From assembly GCA_963770835.1 (NCBI GenBank), contig CAVYRH010000004.1, forward strand, positions 192,001-256,000: a DNA stretch of 64,000 bases, written 5' to 3'. The stretch is from an uncultured Pseudomonadota bacterium (GTDB taxonomy: Bacteria > Oederibacteriota > Muellerivitia > Muellerivitales > Muellerivitaceae). Numbering within the stretch: position 1 is the first letter of the stretch; every line of letters begins with the position of its first letter. The notes below the pieces were generated by a model, which worked only from the letters and a program-made list of their open reading frames with translations, did not search any database and was not told the origin of the DNA. Shown in pieces: positions 49,075 through 58,403 of the stretch. A program made the translations under genes and the position numbers.

Positions 49075-49581
49075 ATGAAAAGATATCTTCCCTTTGTGGT
49101 TCTCCTGTTGCTCTTTTCAACCGCCTTGCCCGTCCTGGCGAAAAAGAAGAAAACGCCTACCCCGACTCCCACAGCAGTTCCCGCTGTTTCCCCCAACTTG
49201 GCCATGATGCAGAAGTCCCTGCGGTTTTATGTTTATGAAAAAAGCAGCGACGTGGTATCGGACGTCAGCGGGCTTTTCGATTCCAAGGCCCAGAAGATCA
49301 CCCTGAAGTGCGAATTAAAGAACCAGACGGGGAGGGAAATCCACGGAGTGCGGGGCACGATCTGGTTCACGACCCTCTTCGGGGAATACATCGCGAACGT
49401 TTATATCGAATCCACCACCGTGATTCCCCCTGGGGAAGTGGTGGGGGTCAATTGGGATATTCCCACCGACCGTCTCATGCCCGAAACCTTCGACAAGCTC
49501 AAAAAGGCCAAGCTGGATCAGGTAAAACAAACCTGGTATCCCAGCATGATCGTCTTCACTGACGGGACCATCCTTAAGTAA
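49075..49581 (+). CDS. Secreted hypothetical protein with a short TP linker
   Basis: AGGAGG RBS; signal peptide MKRYLPFVVLLLLFSTALPVLA; Ig-like beta-rich body. Confidence 0.75.
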   Translation: MKRYLPFVVLLLLFSTALPVLAKKKKTPTPTPTAVPAVSPNLAMMQKSLRFYVYEKSSDVVSDVSGLFDSKAQKITLKCELKNQTGREIHGVRGTIWFTTLFGEYIANVYIESTTVIPPGEVVGVNWDIPTDRLMPETFDKLKKAKLDQVKQTWYPSMIVFTDGTILK

Positions 49582-49598
49582 CAAAACAAAAACCATTC

Positions 49599-49680
49599 AG
49601 CCACGGATGCACACGGATAAGATTTAAATCCAAAGAATTTTGTTTTCATCATCCGCGTTAATCCGTGTGCATCTGTGGCT
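49599..49680. repeat. Intergenic palindrome
   Basis: AGCCACGGATGCACACGGAT ... ATCCGTGTGCATCTGTGGCT. Confidence 0.65.
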
Positions 49681-49737
49681 AAATAGTCTTTGGAATTCGG
49701 TATTGATTTGTTTTGATCCGTGGCTACAATCCTGGCC

Positions 49738-50466
49738 ATGAAACCTTCCCGGTTGGCCCTTTTCGATATCGACGGCACCATCCTCACCACCGTGCGCAAG
49801 GCCTGGGAGAATCCCTTCAAAGATGCCATGGAGCAAGCCTTCGCTGACGAGGGTGATCCCCACCCGATTGATACAAGCAAATACCGCCCTGGCGGAAAAA
49901 CCGATACCCAGATCATCTATGAGATCCTCGGCCAAAACGGGATTGAGGAAACGCGGATCGGACGGCTACTTCTCAAAATCAAGGCCAAGTACCTGGCGCT
50001 CCTCAAGGAAGTGATCGGGGAGAGTCCCGATTACGTGACCCTAAAGCCCGGAATCCAAGAGCTCTTAGCCGAGTTACATACCCATCCGGATGTTCTTTTG
50101 GGCCTTCTAACCGGTAATTTCGAGGAGGGGGCCCGTATCAAGCTGGGGGCTCACGGATTGAATCAATACTTCAGCTTTGGCGCTTTCGGGGATGCCGCTC
50201 GGCAAAGGTCCGAGCTTCCTCAGAGGGCCGTGGATGCCGCCAAGCATCACAAGGGCCATCATTTCTCGGCGAAGGAAATTGTAATTATTGGGGATACTCC
50301 CAATGACATCCATTGCGGGCGGCACTTGCAGGTGCGCACGATCGCCGTTGCCACTGGGCCGTTTACCCTGGAGCAATTGGAAGCCGAGAAGCCGGATTTC
50401 GTTTTTGTTAATTTTTTGGACAAGGAAAAAGTCATTTCCGCCATCCTGGATCATCTGCCGCATTGA
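49738..50466 (+). CDS. HAD-superfamily hydrolase
   Basis: LFDIDGTI, LLTGN, IGDTPND. Confidence 0.9.
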   Translation: MKPSRLALFDIDGTILTTVRKAWENPFKDAMEQAFADEGDPHPIDTSKYRPGGKTDTQIIYEILGQNGIEETRIGRLLLKIKAKYLALLKEVIGESPDYVTLKPGIQELLAELHTHPDVLLGLLTGNFEEGARIKLGAHGLNQYFSFGAFGDAARQRSELPQRAVDAAKHHKGHHFSAKEIVIIGDTPNDIHCGRHLQVRTIAVATGPFTLEQLEAEKPDFVFVNFLDKEKVISAILDHLPH

Positions 50467-50590
50467 CATTAATATTTCGCTGGATAAACCGCTTTCCCTA
50501 GCCAGGTTCCCGTTTCTTTGTAACCTTTCCCAACCGTCCTTGTATTTATCAAGCACACCGCTTGTTCAGAATACGGGGAGGTTTTTCACC

Positions 50591-51280
50591 ATGAAGAAGG
50601 CCTATTATTTCGCCGCTTTAATCCTGATTGCCGCCGGTTCGATGGTTTTGACCGGTTGTCCCAACAATAGTTACAGCCCCAGTTCCCCCATGTACCCGAC
50701 CAACACGCCGGTCCCATCCGGCCCCACGGGAACCCCCACTGGAACTCCGACAAAAACCGCCACTGGGACCGTCACGGGAACCCCTACGAATAGTTCCACT
50801 CCCACTTTGACGGGAACCCCCACACAAACGGCTACCGTAACCCCCACGGCGACCATTACCGACACACCTACAGTGACCAACACCGCGACCATCACCAATA
50901 CCCCGACTGCCACCCCCACCGCCGCACCCGTTACCATCACGGTTTCAGAAGCTTCCTCAGGCTTGGACGTCACGGGGTACATTTATACGTCGTCCAGCGG
51001 AACCAACGGCACAGGAGGCCTTCTCACGCTCACGGCCAATGTGGGCGATACCATTACGTTTGATTCACTAGCCGCCACAGGGTTTCATCCGCTTTATTTC
51101 GACAACGGATCAACCACTTGCATTTTTACCGGCGCCACTTCCAGCCAGTCCTATGTCTTTCCGGCGGCGGGAACCTATTATTTCCACTGCGGCAACCACG
51201 CCACCAGCTGCAGCCGGGGCAATGGGGCCTGCGGCTCCACCAATTGCAACGGCATGGCGGGCGTGGTGACAGTCAACTAA
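50591..51280 (+). CDS. Lipoprotein: Thr/Pro stalk plus cupredoxin (type-1 Cu)-like domain
   Basis: Lipobox VLTGC; VGDTITF, HPLYF, F.AAGTYYFHCGNH...MAGVVTV. Confidence 0.8.
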   Translation: MKKAYYFAALILIAAGSMVLTGCPNNSYSPSSPMYPTNTPVPSGPTGTPTGTPTKTATGTVTGTPTNSSTPTLTGTPTQTATVTPTATITDTPTVTNTATITNTPTATPTAAPVTITVSEASSGLDVTGYIYTSSSGTNGTGGLLTLTANVGDTITFDSLAATGFHPLYFDNGSTTCIFTGATSSQSYVFPAAGTYYFHCGNHATSCSRGNGACGSTNCNGMAGVVTVN

Positions 51281-51300
51281 CCCTCTCCTACTGGTTTTTG

Positions 51301-51334
51301 GGGTCCCCGGCCGTCCACCGGGGGCCTTTTATTT
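51301..51334 (+). terminator. Terminator-like hairpin
   Basis: GGGTCCCCGG-ccgtcca-CCGGGGCCT then TTTATTT. Confidence 0.55.
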
Positions 51335-51356
51335 AGTTTTTTGATTTGGGGGTCGC

Positions 51357-52985
51357 ATGAGAAAAAATTTTTTATTCATCATTTGGATGCTTGTGGTTAT
51401 TTCAGGCGGCTTAACGGGTTGTCCCACGCGAAGCATCAACATCCCCACCCAGCCGATAGTCATGACGAACAGCCCTACACCTAATATTCCAACGGGTACT
51501 CCCAGCCTGACGTTCACGGCCACGGTGCCGGGGACTTCCACCTTTACCCGGACGAATACCCCCACCGCTTCGTCGACTTCCGCAAGCACCGGAACGTCGA
51601 CGGCAACCCTCACGCCGACTTTTTCGCCCACGGCCAGTCCCCCCACCACCCCGACAGCTACGATTCCGCCCGCCAATACTTTCACCAATACCCCAACGTC
51701 GAGCCCCACCGATACCCCGTCAGCTGTTTTTACTCCCACCTCCACACCGACTTCAACCATGACGGCTACGGAAACAAATACTTTCACTGTCACAAATACA
51801 CCCACTTCCACGGCTACCCTGACATCGACCAATACCCCGACGACCACCAATAGCTTTACCGCTTCGGCCACTTCCACCAATTCCGCCACCAGCACCGCCA
51901 CCGCGACCGTCACCGACACCTCCACCGTTACGAATACTCCGACCGATACCCCTACCGCAACGCAAACGGCCACGGGTACGAATACCTTTACCGTAACCGA
52001 CACACCCACTTCCACGGCGACCCCAACCCCGACCAATACCTTCACCGTCACCAATACCCCGACGGCCACCAATAGCTTTACCGCTTCGGCCACTTCCACC
52101 AATTCCGCCACCCGCACAGCCACTGCGACCGTTACCGGCACCCCGACAGGGACTTCCACCGCAACGACCACGGCCACGGGCACTTCCACCTTTACCGCAA
52201 CGGATACTCCCACTTCCACGGCTAGCTCGACGCCGACCAACACCTCTACCGTCACCAATACACCGACGGCCACCGGGACCTTTACGGCCTCGGCCACTTC
52301 AACCGACTCCGCCACCCGCACGGCCACTGCGACCGTTACCGGCACCCCGACAGGGACTTCCACCGCAACGACCACGGCCACGGGCACTTCCACCTTTACC
52401 GCAACGGATACTCCCACTTCCACGGCTAGCTCGACGCCGACCAAGACCTCTACCGTCACCAATACACCGACGGCCACCGGGACCTTTACGGCCTCGGCCA
52501 CTTCAACCGACTCCGCCACTGCTACTCCTACCCGAACCACCACGAATACGCCGACCCTTACCCGCACTTCCACATCCACCTTGACCCCCACCTCCACAGC
52601 GACCTCCACGGCCACGGCTACGGTGACTTCCACGCCCACCGCCCCCTCATGGGCCAATACGATATACCCGCTGTTTTCAAGCTCCACCTGCTTCACCTGC
52701 CACGCCAACGGCGCGGCTTCCGGCGGAATGAACCTGGGCAGCCCGCCATCCGCGGCCACTGTTTACGCCCTCTGGGTCGGCACGGGTTCGGGGGGCACGG
52801 CCAGCACAACCAACAACTGCGGGATCACCGATTACGTTTCGCCCGGCAATCCAAGCGCCAGCTTGGTCCTCCAAAAGTTGAACGGTTCCTGCGCGCCTCA
52901 AATGCCGGAGACGGGGGCGCTTTTCACGGCGGCCCAAATCGCCGAGTTCACCGCTTGGATCAACGCGGGAGCGCCCAACAACTGA
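51357..52985 (+). CDS. Lipoprotein: about 400-aa Thr-rich stalk plus monoheme c-type cytochrome (planctomycete cytochrome C-like)
   Basis: Lipobox LTGC; IYPLF...CFTCH...GGMNL...V.PGNP..S.V..K.....MP...I..WI.AGA. Confidence 0.82.
   Translation: MRKNFLFIIWMLVVISGGLTGCPTRSINIPTQPIVMTNSPTPNIPTGTPSLTFTATVPGTSTFTRTNTPTASSTSASTGTSTATLTPTFSPTASPPTTPTATIPPANTFTNTPTSSPTDTPSAVFTPTSTPTSTMTATETNTFTVTNTPTSTATLTSTNTPTTTNSFTASATSTNSATSTATATVTDTSTVTNTPTDTPTATQTATGTNTFTVTDTPTSTATPTPTNTFTVTNTPTATNSFTASATSTNSATRTATATVTGTPTGTSTATTTATGTSTFTATDTPTSTASSTPTNTSTVTNTPTATGTFTASATSTDSATRTATATVTGTPTGTSTATTTATGTSTFTATDTPTSTASSTPTKTSTVTNTPTATGTFTASATSTDSATATPTRTTTNTPTLTRTSTSTLTPTSTATSTATATVTSTPTAPSWANTIYPLFSSSTCFTCHANGAASGGMNLGSPPSAATVYALWVGTGSGGTASTTNNCGITDYVSPGNPSASLVLQKLNGSCAPQMPETGALFTAAQIAEFTAWINAGAPNN
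52105..52518 (+). repeat. Near-perfect 204-bp tandem duplication in the stalk coding region
   Basis: CCGCCACCCGCAC... unit at 52105 recurs at 52309; more diverged 222-bp-spaced copies at 51849 and 52071. Confidence 0.85.
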
Positions 52986-53124
52986 CTGTTCCCGTTTCTA
53001 CCTGATGGATGGAACTCATTGAATTCAGTCTTTTTACGGCACCCGCGCCGTTTTCCCGGGAACTTCTCTTAATAGGCTTGTATTTGCCTTCCCCTCTTTT
53101 GTATAAAGCCAAAGAGGGAACTTC

Positions 53125-53715
53125 ATGAAGAAAGCCGCTTATTCCACCGTTTTTATCCTGCTTGTCGCCGGTTCCACGGTAATAACCGGCTGTCCCAGCA
53201 AAACCTCAGTGAGTCCCACGTCCCCCGGCGCCCCGACCAATACTTTCACCCCCACTGCGACCCCCACGCCCACCGGCCCCACTTCCACACCGACCACCAC
53301 GGCCACCAACACCCCTACCGCTACCATTACCAATACGCCAACTCTTACCCCGACCGCGGTGCCGGTTACCATCACGGTCAACACCCAATCCAGCGGTGAT
53401 AATCCCCAGGGGTACATTTACGTTTCTTCCGTTGGCACCAACAACACTGGGGCGGGCGGCTTGTTGAGCCTAAGCGCCCACATCGGGGACAGCATCATTT
53501 TGCCCGCCAATGGCACCCATCCCCTTTGGTTCGATAACGGAACGTCTACCTGCGTGGTGACGGGTGGGGATACCAGTGGCCCGGTCACTTATACGTTTCC
53601 TTCAACCGGAACCTATAATTTCCACTGCGGCAACCACGGGGGATGCACTCCCAGCGATGGAGCCTGCGGGCTGTCCACCTGTTCGGCCATGGTAGGTGTT
53701 GTCACCGTCAACTAA
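53125..53715 (+). CDS. Lipoprotein: Thr/Pro stalk plus cupredoxin-like domain (paralog of 50591-51280)
   Basis: Lipobox ITGC; IGDSI, HPLWF, FPSTGTYNFHCGNH...MVGVVTV. Confidence 0.8.
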   Translation: MKKAAYSTVFILLVAGSTVITGCPSKTSVSPTSPGAPTNTFTPTATPTPTGPTSTPTTTATNTPTATITNTPTLTPTAVPVTITVNTQSSGDNPQGYIYVSSVGTNNTGAGGLLSLSAHIGDSIILPANGTHPLWFDNGTSTCVVTGGDTSGPVTYTFPSTGTYNFHCGNHGGCTPSDGACGLSTCSAMVGVVTVN

Positions 53716-53735
53716 GCCGGGTTTATTCCCTCATC

Positions 53736-53769
53736 GGGGCCCCGGGACTTTCCGGGGCCTTTTTTGTTT
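53736..53769 (+). terminator. Intrinsic terminator
   Basis: GGGGCCCCGGGA-ctt-TCCGGGGCCTT plus T-run. Confidence 0.7.
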
Positions 53770-53859
53770 CGGCGGGAACTCAAAACCTTCTTGCAAAAAG
53801 CCTCCCCGGCCTGGAAGATACGCAGCGAACCTTTTCGAAACCAATCTCCGAGGAAACCT

Positions 53860-54687
53860 ATGAAAATCCACCTGGCCCACAGCCCCGACGCCGACGATGC
53901 CTTCATGTTTTATGGCCTGGCCAAAAACAAGATCGACACCGAAGGCATCGAGTACGAGCACGTCCTGAAGGATATCCAGACCTTGAACGAATGGGCCCGG
54001 GAAGGCCGTATGGAAGTAACCGCCATCTCGGCCCACGCTTACGCTTACGTGAAGGACAAATACGCCATCCTGACCCACGGGGGAAGCATCGGGAAGAATT
54101 ACGGGCCGATGATCGTGGCCAAAGAGGACCAACCCATCGAAAGCTTCCGGGGCAAGAAGATCGCCATCCCTGGAAAGCTCACCAGCGCTTACCTGGCCTT
54201 TAAGCTTTGCCTGCCGGACTTCCAGGAAGTCATCGTGAACTTCGACCAGATCATGGACGAGGTGGCGAAGGGGACGGTGGACGCGGGGCTCATCATCCAT
54301 GAAGGGCAGTTAACCTATAAGGAAAAGGGCCTGTACAAAATCATCGACATGGGGGAATGGTGGTTCCAAAAGACGGGAATGGTGCTTCCCATGGGGGTCA
54401 ACGCCATCCGCCGGGACCTGCCGGAGGACGTGAAGAAAAAGGTTTCCAAACAACTGAAGCAGTCCATCCAGTATTCCCTCGACCACCGGGACGCGGCCCT
54501 GGACTACGCCCTGGCCTTCGGGCGCGGCTTATCCCGCGACGTGGCGGACCGCTTCGTGGGAATGTGGGTCAACGACCGCACGGTGGACATGGGCGAGGAA
54601 GGGCAGAATGCCATCCGGGAATTCTTGAAACGGGGCGAAGAGAAGAAGCTCATTCCGGCGGTCGGTGAGATTGAATTCGTGAACTGA
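53860..54687 (+). CDS. mqnD: 1,4-dihydroxy-6-naphthoate synthase (futalosine menaquinone pathway)
   Basis: AHSPDADDAFMFY, DIQTLN, YGP, TSA.L, FDQIM, GLIIHEGQLTY, LPMG.N. Confidence 0.88.
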   Translation: MKIHLAHSPDADDAFMFYGLAKNKIDTEGIEYEHVLKDIQTLNEWAREGRMEVTAISAHAYAYVKDKYAILTHGGSIGKNYGPMIVAKEDQPIESFRGKKIAIPGKLTSAYLAFKLCLPDFQEVIVNFDQIMDEVAKGTVDAGLIIHEGQLTYKEKGLYKIIDMGEWWFQKTGMVLPMGVNAIRRDLPEDVKKKVSKQLKQSIQYSLDHRDAALDYALAFGRGLSRDVADRFVGMWVNDRTVDMGEEGQNAIREFLKRGEEKKLIPAVGEIEFVN

Positions 54688-54737
54688 AAACTTATTTTGG
54701 ACTGACAAAATGACGGTGTTAAAGAAAAGGTTTTTTT

Positions 54738-55511
54738 GTGAACCGTTCGGAATATATAGCTAAAGCGATTGTTGAAAAAATCACTCCTGGTTGTCGGATG
54801 GTTTTTAAGGAAACTCAATCAAACGGTGAATTCGATTTCGATCTTCATTGTAACGAGCAAATCGACTCGGTTGAAGTAACAACTTCCACTGATCAAAGGT
54901 TACGGGAAACCCTTGCCGCGATTGAAGTGGAAGGACAATTTGTTCCGCTAAAAAGATGTCAAAAGGATTGGATCATCCATCCATTGGCATCCGCAAACAT
55001 TAAAAAAATCGTGAAAGAAGTCGATGCTTACCTCGTTGCAATTGAAAATGCCGGACTAGTTTTTTTTAGTTCCATCGATAGGGCTACGTGTTCTTCGGTC
55101 GACCGCATTTATGAAGACCTTCGCATAGAGGGTGGGTCAATTACCCATTGGAAGCCACCAGGACCGCGAGTTTGTATCAGTAGACCAGGCGGCGGAGGCG
55201 AGTTAAAAGTCGACGATTTTTATCGGGTGATAAAATTAGAGACCGATAAAGAAGACAACCGTAAGAAACTTGGGAAAGCCAAAGGAAAGAAACACCTTTT
55301 TATATATGTCGACCCACGAAATTATAAACCTTGGGTAGAGTTAGTAGATCTAGAACCTTCAAGTCAATGTCCAGACCTACCTGACGAAATAGATGTGGTA
55401 TGGGCTACTTCAGAAGGTCGTTCCAAGGATGAATTTGTCGTTTGGAAGGGCGAGAGGAATGGGGTTTGGAAAAAGTTTCCAGAGATGAATATTCCGAACA
55501 AGCGGGAATAA
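54738..55511 (+). CDS. AT-rich hypothetical protein, possibly horizontally acquired
   Basis: 257-aa open frame with codon usage visibly different from neighbours; D-x9-11-EVT segment reminiscent of PD-(D/E)xK folds. Confidence 0.6.
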   Translation: MNRSEYIAKAIVEKITPGCRMVFKETQSNGEFDFDLHCNEQIDSVEVTTSTDQRLRETLAAIEVEGQFVPLKRCQKDWIIHPLASANIKKIVKEVDAYLVAIENAGLVFFSSIDRATCSSVDRIYEDLRIEGGSITHWKPPGPRVCISRPGGGGELKVDDFYRVIKLETDKEDNRKKLGKAKGKKHLFIYVDPRNYKPWVELVDLEPSSQCPDLPDEIDVVWATSEGRSKDEFVVWKGERNGVWKKFPEMNIPNKRE

Positions 55512-55563
55512 AATTACGGTAAAGACGAAATCATTTATTCGTCAAACAAATGTTCGAAAAGAG

Positions 55564-55647
55564 AAGGCCGGTAATTGGTCCCTTTATGTGGCCGAATGCG
55601 CCGACGGGTCCTACTACACCGACATCACCATCGAATTCGTGAGTTAG
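55564..55647 (+). pseudogene. 5' remnant of a GIY-YIG nuclease gene
   Basis: Translates WSLYVAECADGSYYTDI versus WNLYIAECADGSYYTGI in the intact gene at about 57946. Confidence 0.7.
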
Positions 55648-57872
55648 TCCCGCCCATCTTGAAGGTTTTTAAAATTGTCCTTGGCTGGGGTTTTATCAAG
55701 GGGGCAACCCATCGCTTTTTTGAAATCCGCCCGCGCCTTTTCTCTTTGTCCCAAGATAACTTCCAGGCTTCCCCTCTCGTTGTAGAAATAAGCGTTGGGG
55801 TATCCCGTCGCCAGGCCCCGGTTTAAAGCCGCGAAGGCCCCTTCGAAATTCTTCAAGCCCAGCCGGTTGCCGTAGGCCGCATCGCTGTTATAGCTGTTAA
55901 AAACCTGCTCCCAAAGGCAGGATTCCAGGAAGGGATCGCCTTCGGCCAGGGGTTGGGCGTCCAATAGCACTTCGCGGACATCATCATAAGACTGCCCTTC
56001 CCGGCGATTCATCAGCACCGAAACCGCCTTTAAAAAAACGCCGTTCACCACACTCCATTTGGCCAAGGTTCCCCGGTTTTCATCTGAGATGGGCACGATT
56101 TCCAACATCAATCCGCCGTCCTCTCCCTCGTGCCCGTTGGAAAGCCAAGTCCCGCGTCCCTCTGGGAAGCGTTTTTCAAGAAAGGGCAGGTAATGAATGT
56201 TACAGATCCAAGCGGCCCATCGAACAGATGCCGAATCCAGCCCCGGATTGAGGACCGCGTTGAAGGGAGTGGAAGCCACCGTCAGGGATTGGTCGGTCCA
56301 ATTAGGTTGGAAGGCGGTAAAGATAAGTCCGGGACCCTCTTTTCGGGCCTGCGCCTCCAAAAGGGGATAGGCTCGGGAATATTCCAGGGACTTCCCGTTA
56401 ATGGGCCAAGGGCCACGGGGGCTGGACCAAAGGAGATGGTAGGAAAAGAAAAGATGGTAGCCATCCAAAACCACGGAAGCCAAAAGGAAGAGGCTGATGA
56501 TTTTTCCACGGTTCAAGGGAGGTAGGGAACCCGCGAGGGCCTGAAGACCCACCGTGGAGCAAAAAAACATGACGGGAAGGCATTGAACCACCCGGAGGGA
56601 ATTGACGGAATAGGTTAAAACTCCCGGCAGGAGGAAGAGCGCCAGGGCCATCAGGGTGAAGAAGCCGGTTTTCCGCGATTCGGCCCGTAACAAGCCGGCC
56701 AAACCGATCCAACACAAAGCGGCCCAAAGGGGATTGAGCAATCCGCCCCAAGTGGAAGTGTAAAAGTAATTATTCAGGTCGCCCCACAGCAGGGCTCCCA
56801 GGTACCGGAAGGGGGACAGGAACAAGGTCAAGCCTCCCCCCGGCCGGGAAAGAGGCCAATGGACCGCCAGATAGCTTCCATATCCGTTTTGGATCATGGC
56901 CCAGGCCAGTGGAATCAGGCTTGCCAATAGGGCGGCGCTAAAAATCCAAAAAGGCCTGTGGATCTTCCGATTTTTCCAAAACACCACGCCCGCCGTAAAA
57001 AGCGCCACCGGAGCCCAGGAAAGGTAGGTGTAAAAGCCGGTACCGGCGAGGAGTCCCAGGATAAGGGCGGCCTTCCCTTCTTTGCCCTCACGGGCACCCC
57101 AGAAGCGCCCCAATGCGGCGAGGGTCAGGCAGGCCCAGGGGAAGACTAAAACGGCGGGATGGGAAAACCGCCCGAGGAAAAGCGGCCAAAACCCCAGTCC
57201 CAAGAGGAAGGCCAGGAGGAAAGAAAGAGATTTGGAAAAATACCTTTTGGATTCCCGGTAGGCAAAAACGAAGGGCACTAGGGAAAGAAGGGCGGGGAGC
57301 AGCCAAATACTGAAAAGGGATGGGCCTAAGACCCTGAACAAACCCGCCTCGAGCCAAAAGTAAAAGGGTGGCATCTGGCTGCAATAGGAGAACATTCGCC
57401 ACTCCCAATGCCGGGAGAGTTCCATGGCGATGAAAGCATGAACACCCTCATCCACGCCGGGCCAGACGCTCAGGCTCGTCAGTCCGTAAAGACGGAATCC
57501 CAAAGCCAAAGCCGCAAGTAGAAACCAAACCGGCCAACCGGGCACCTTGAAAGTTTCCTGACGGTATAAGGGAACGCTTCCACGGGGGAGAGCCTCGAGG
57601 GCGGTCCAAACCAAAAGCAAGAACGGGAGGGCGACCAGGAAAAGCCCAGACCAAATTGAGGAAACAGTGGAAAGGTTCGCGAAAGATAAAAGAAGGTGGC
57701 CGGCCAGGAGAAGGAAGAAACAAACCCAAAGCAACTGAGCGTTCCAGGAAAGTTGGAATGTAGAGCGGTTTTGAGGGTTCTTTCCCAAAAAAACCCTTTC
57801 GTTTTTCAGTGATGGGAGAATCGAAAACGTGAACTTCTTTGGCATCTTATCGTAAAATCTTTTGAGGGTCAT
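55644..57872 (-). CDS. GT-C fold (GT39/PMT-like) glycosyltransferase with a TPR-like tail; start uncertain
   Basis: FRLYGLTSLSVWPGVDE acidic loop, PPFYFW, many TM helices; AYFYNERG.LE..LG..EKARADFKKA TPR-like. Confidence 0.78.
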   Translation of the reverse strand: MTLKRFYDKMPKKFTFSILPSLKNERVFLGKNPQNRSTFQLSWNAQLLWVCFFLLLAGHLLLSFANLSTVSSIWSGLFLVALPFLLLVWTALEALPRGSVPLYRQETFKVPGWPVWFLLAALALGFRLYGLTSLSVWPGVDEGVHAFIAMELSRHWEWRMFSYCSQMPPFYFWLEAGLFRVLGPSLFSIWLLPALLSLVPFVFAYRESKRYFSKSLSFLLAFLLGLGFWPLFLGRFSHPAVLVFPWACLTLAALGRFWGAREGKEGKAALILGLLAGTGFYTYLSWAPVALFTAGVVFWKNRKIHRPFWIFSAALLASLIPLAWAMIQNGYGSYLAVHWPLSRPGGGLTLFLSPFRYLGALLWGDLNNYFYTSTWGGLLNPLWAALCWIGLAGLLRAESRKTGFFTLMALALFLLPGVLTYSVNSLRVVQCLPVMFFCSTVGLQALAGSLPPLNRGKIISLFLLASVVLDGYHLFFSYHLLWSSPRGPWPINGKSLEYSRAYPLLEAQARKEGPGLIFTAFQPNWTDQSLTVASTPFNAVLNPGLDSASVRWAAWICNIHYLPFLEKRFPEGRGTWLSNGHEGEDGGLMLEIVPISDENRGTLAKWSVVNGVFLKAVSVLMNRREGQSYDDVREVLLDAQPLAEGDPFLESCLWEQVFNSYNSDAAYGNRLGLKNFEGAFAALNRGLATGYPNAYFYNERGSLEVILGQREKARADFKKAMGCPLDKTPAKDNFKNLQDGRD

Positions 57873-57921
57873 GCTGTTTTCATGGCCACAGAGGGTAGAT
57901 TCAACCGGCGAAGGAGGGGTT

Positions 57922-58350
57922 TTGGGAAAGAAACCCAAGGGCGAATGGAATCTCTATATCGCCGAATGCGCGGACGGATCCTACTACACGGGAATCGCCA
58001 AGGATGTGGAAAAGCGCATGGAAGCCCACAACTCCGGCAAGGGTGCCAAGTACACTTCCACCCACCGGCCGGTGAAGCTGGTATTCCAGGAACCCCAAGC
58101 GGATTACTCGGCGGCCCTGAGGCGCGAGTACCAGGTCAAAACCCTTCCCAAGGATCGGAAGATCCGGTTTGTCCAAGGGGAAAAACTCATAAAACCGCCG
58201 AAGAAGGCGAAAATGAGTTTTCAAAAAAACCAAAAAAGAAAGAAACAGTTAACCCGGAAGAAACCCGAAAAAAGAGCCGGCCATAAGACTCCAAGACCTG
58301 GGATTCCCCCAATCGTTCAGCGGCAGGTTCGAGCCCCTTTTTCGGCTTGA
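57922..58350 (+). CDS. GIY-YIG nuclease (UPF0213/YazA-like) with basic tail
   Basis: LYIAECADGSYYTGI, R...HNSGKGAKYT..RPV.LV, A.RRE..VK; GGAGG RBS with TTG start. Confidence 0.88.
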   Translation: MGKKPKGEWNLYIAECADGSYYTGIAKDVEKRMEAHNSGKGAKYTSTHRPVKLVFQEPQADYSAALRREYQVKTLPKDRKIRFVQGEKLIKPPKKAKMSFQKNQKRKKQLTRKKPEKRAGHKTPRPGIPPIVQRQVRAPFSA

Positions 58351-58403
58351 ATTAGGTATGATCTTTTCCGCCGTGACGCTATCGAAGGACCACAGGGGGA
58401 AAC

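Noticed and set aside
48088..49581. 497-aa ORF joining part of ThyX to a secreted protein
   Set aside because: Artefact of the frameshifts; the secreted protein has its own RBS and ATG at 49075
52105..52518. Repeats considered as a CRISPR array
   Set aside because: In-frame coding tandem repeats without unique spacers; no cas genes
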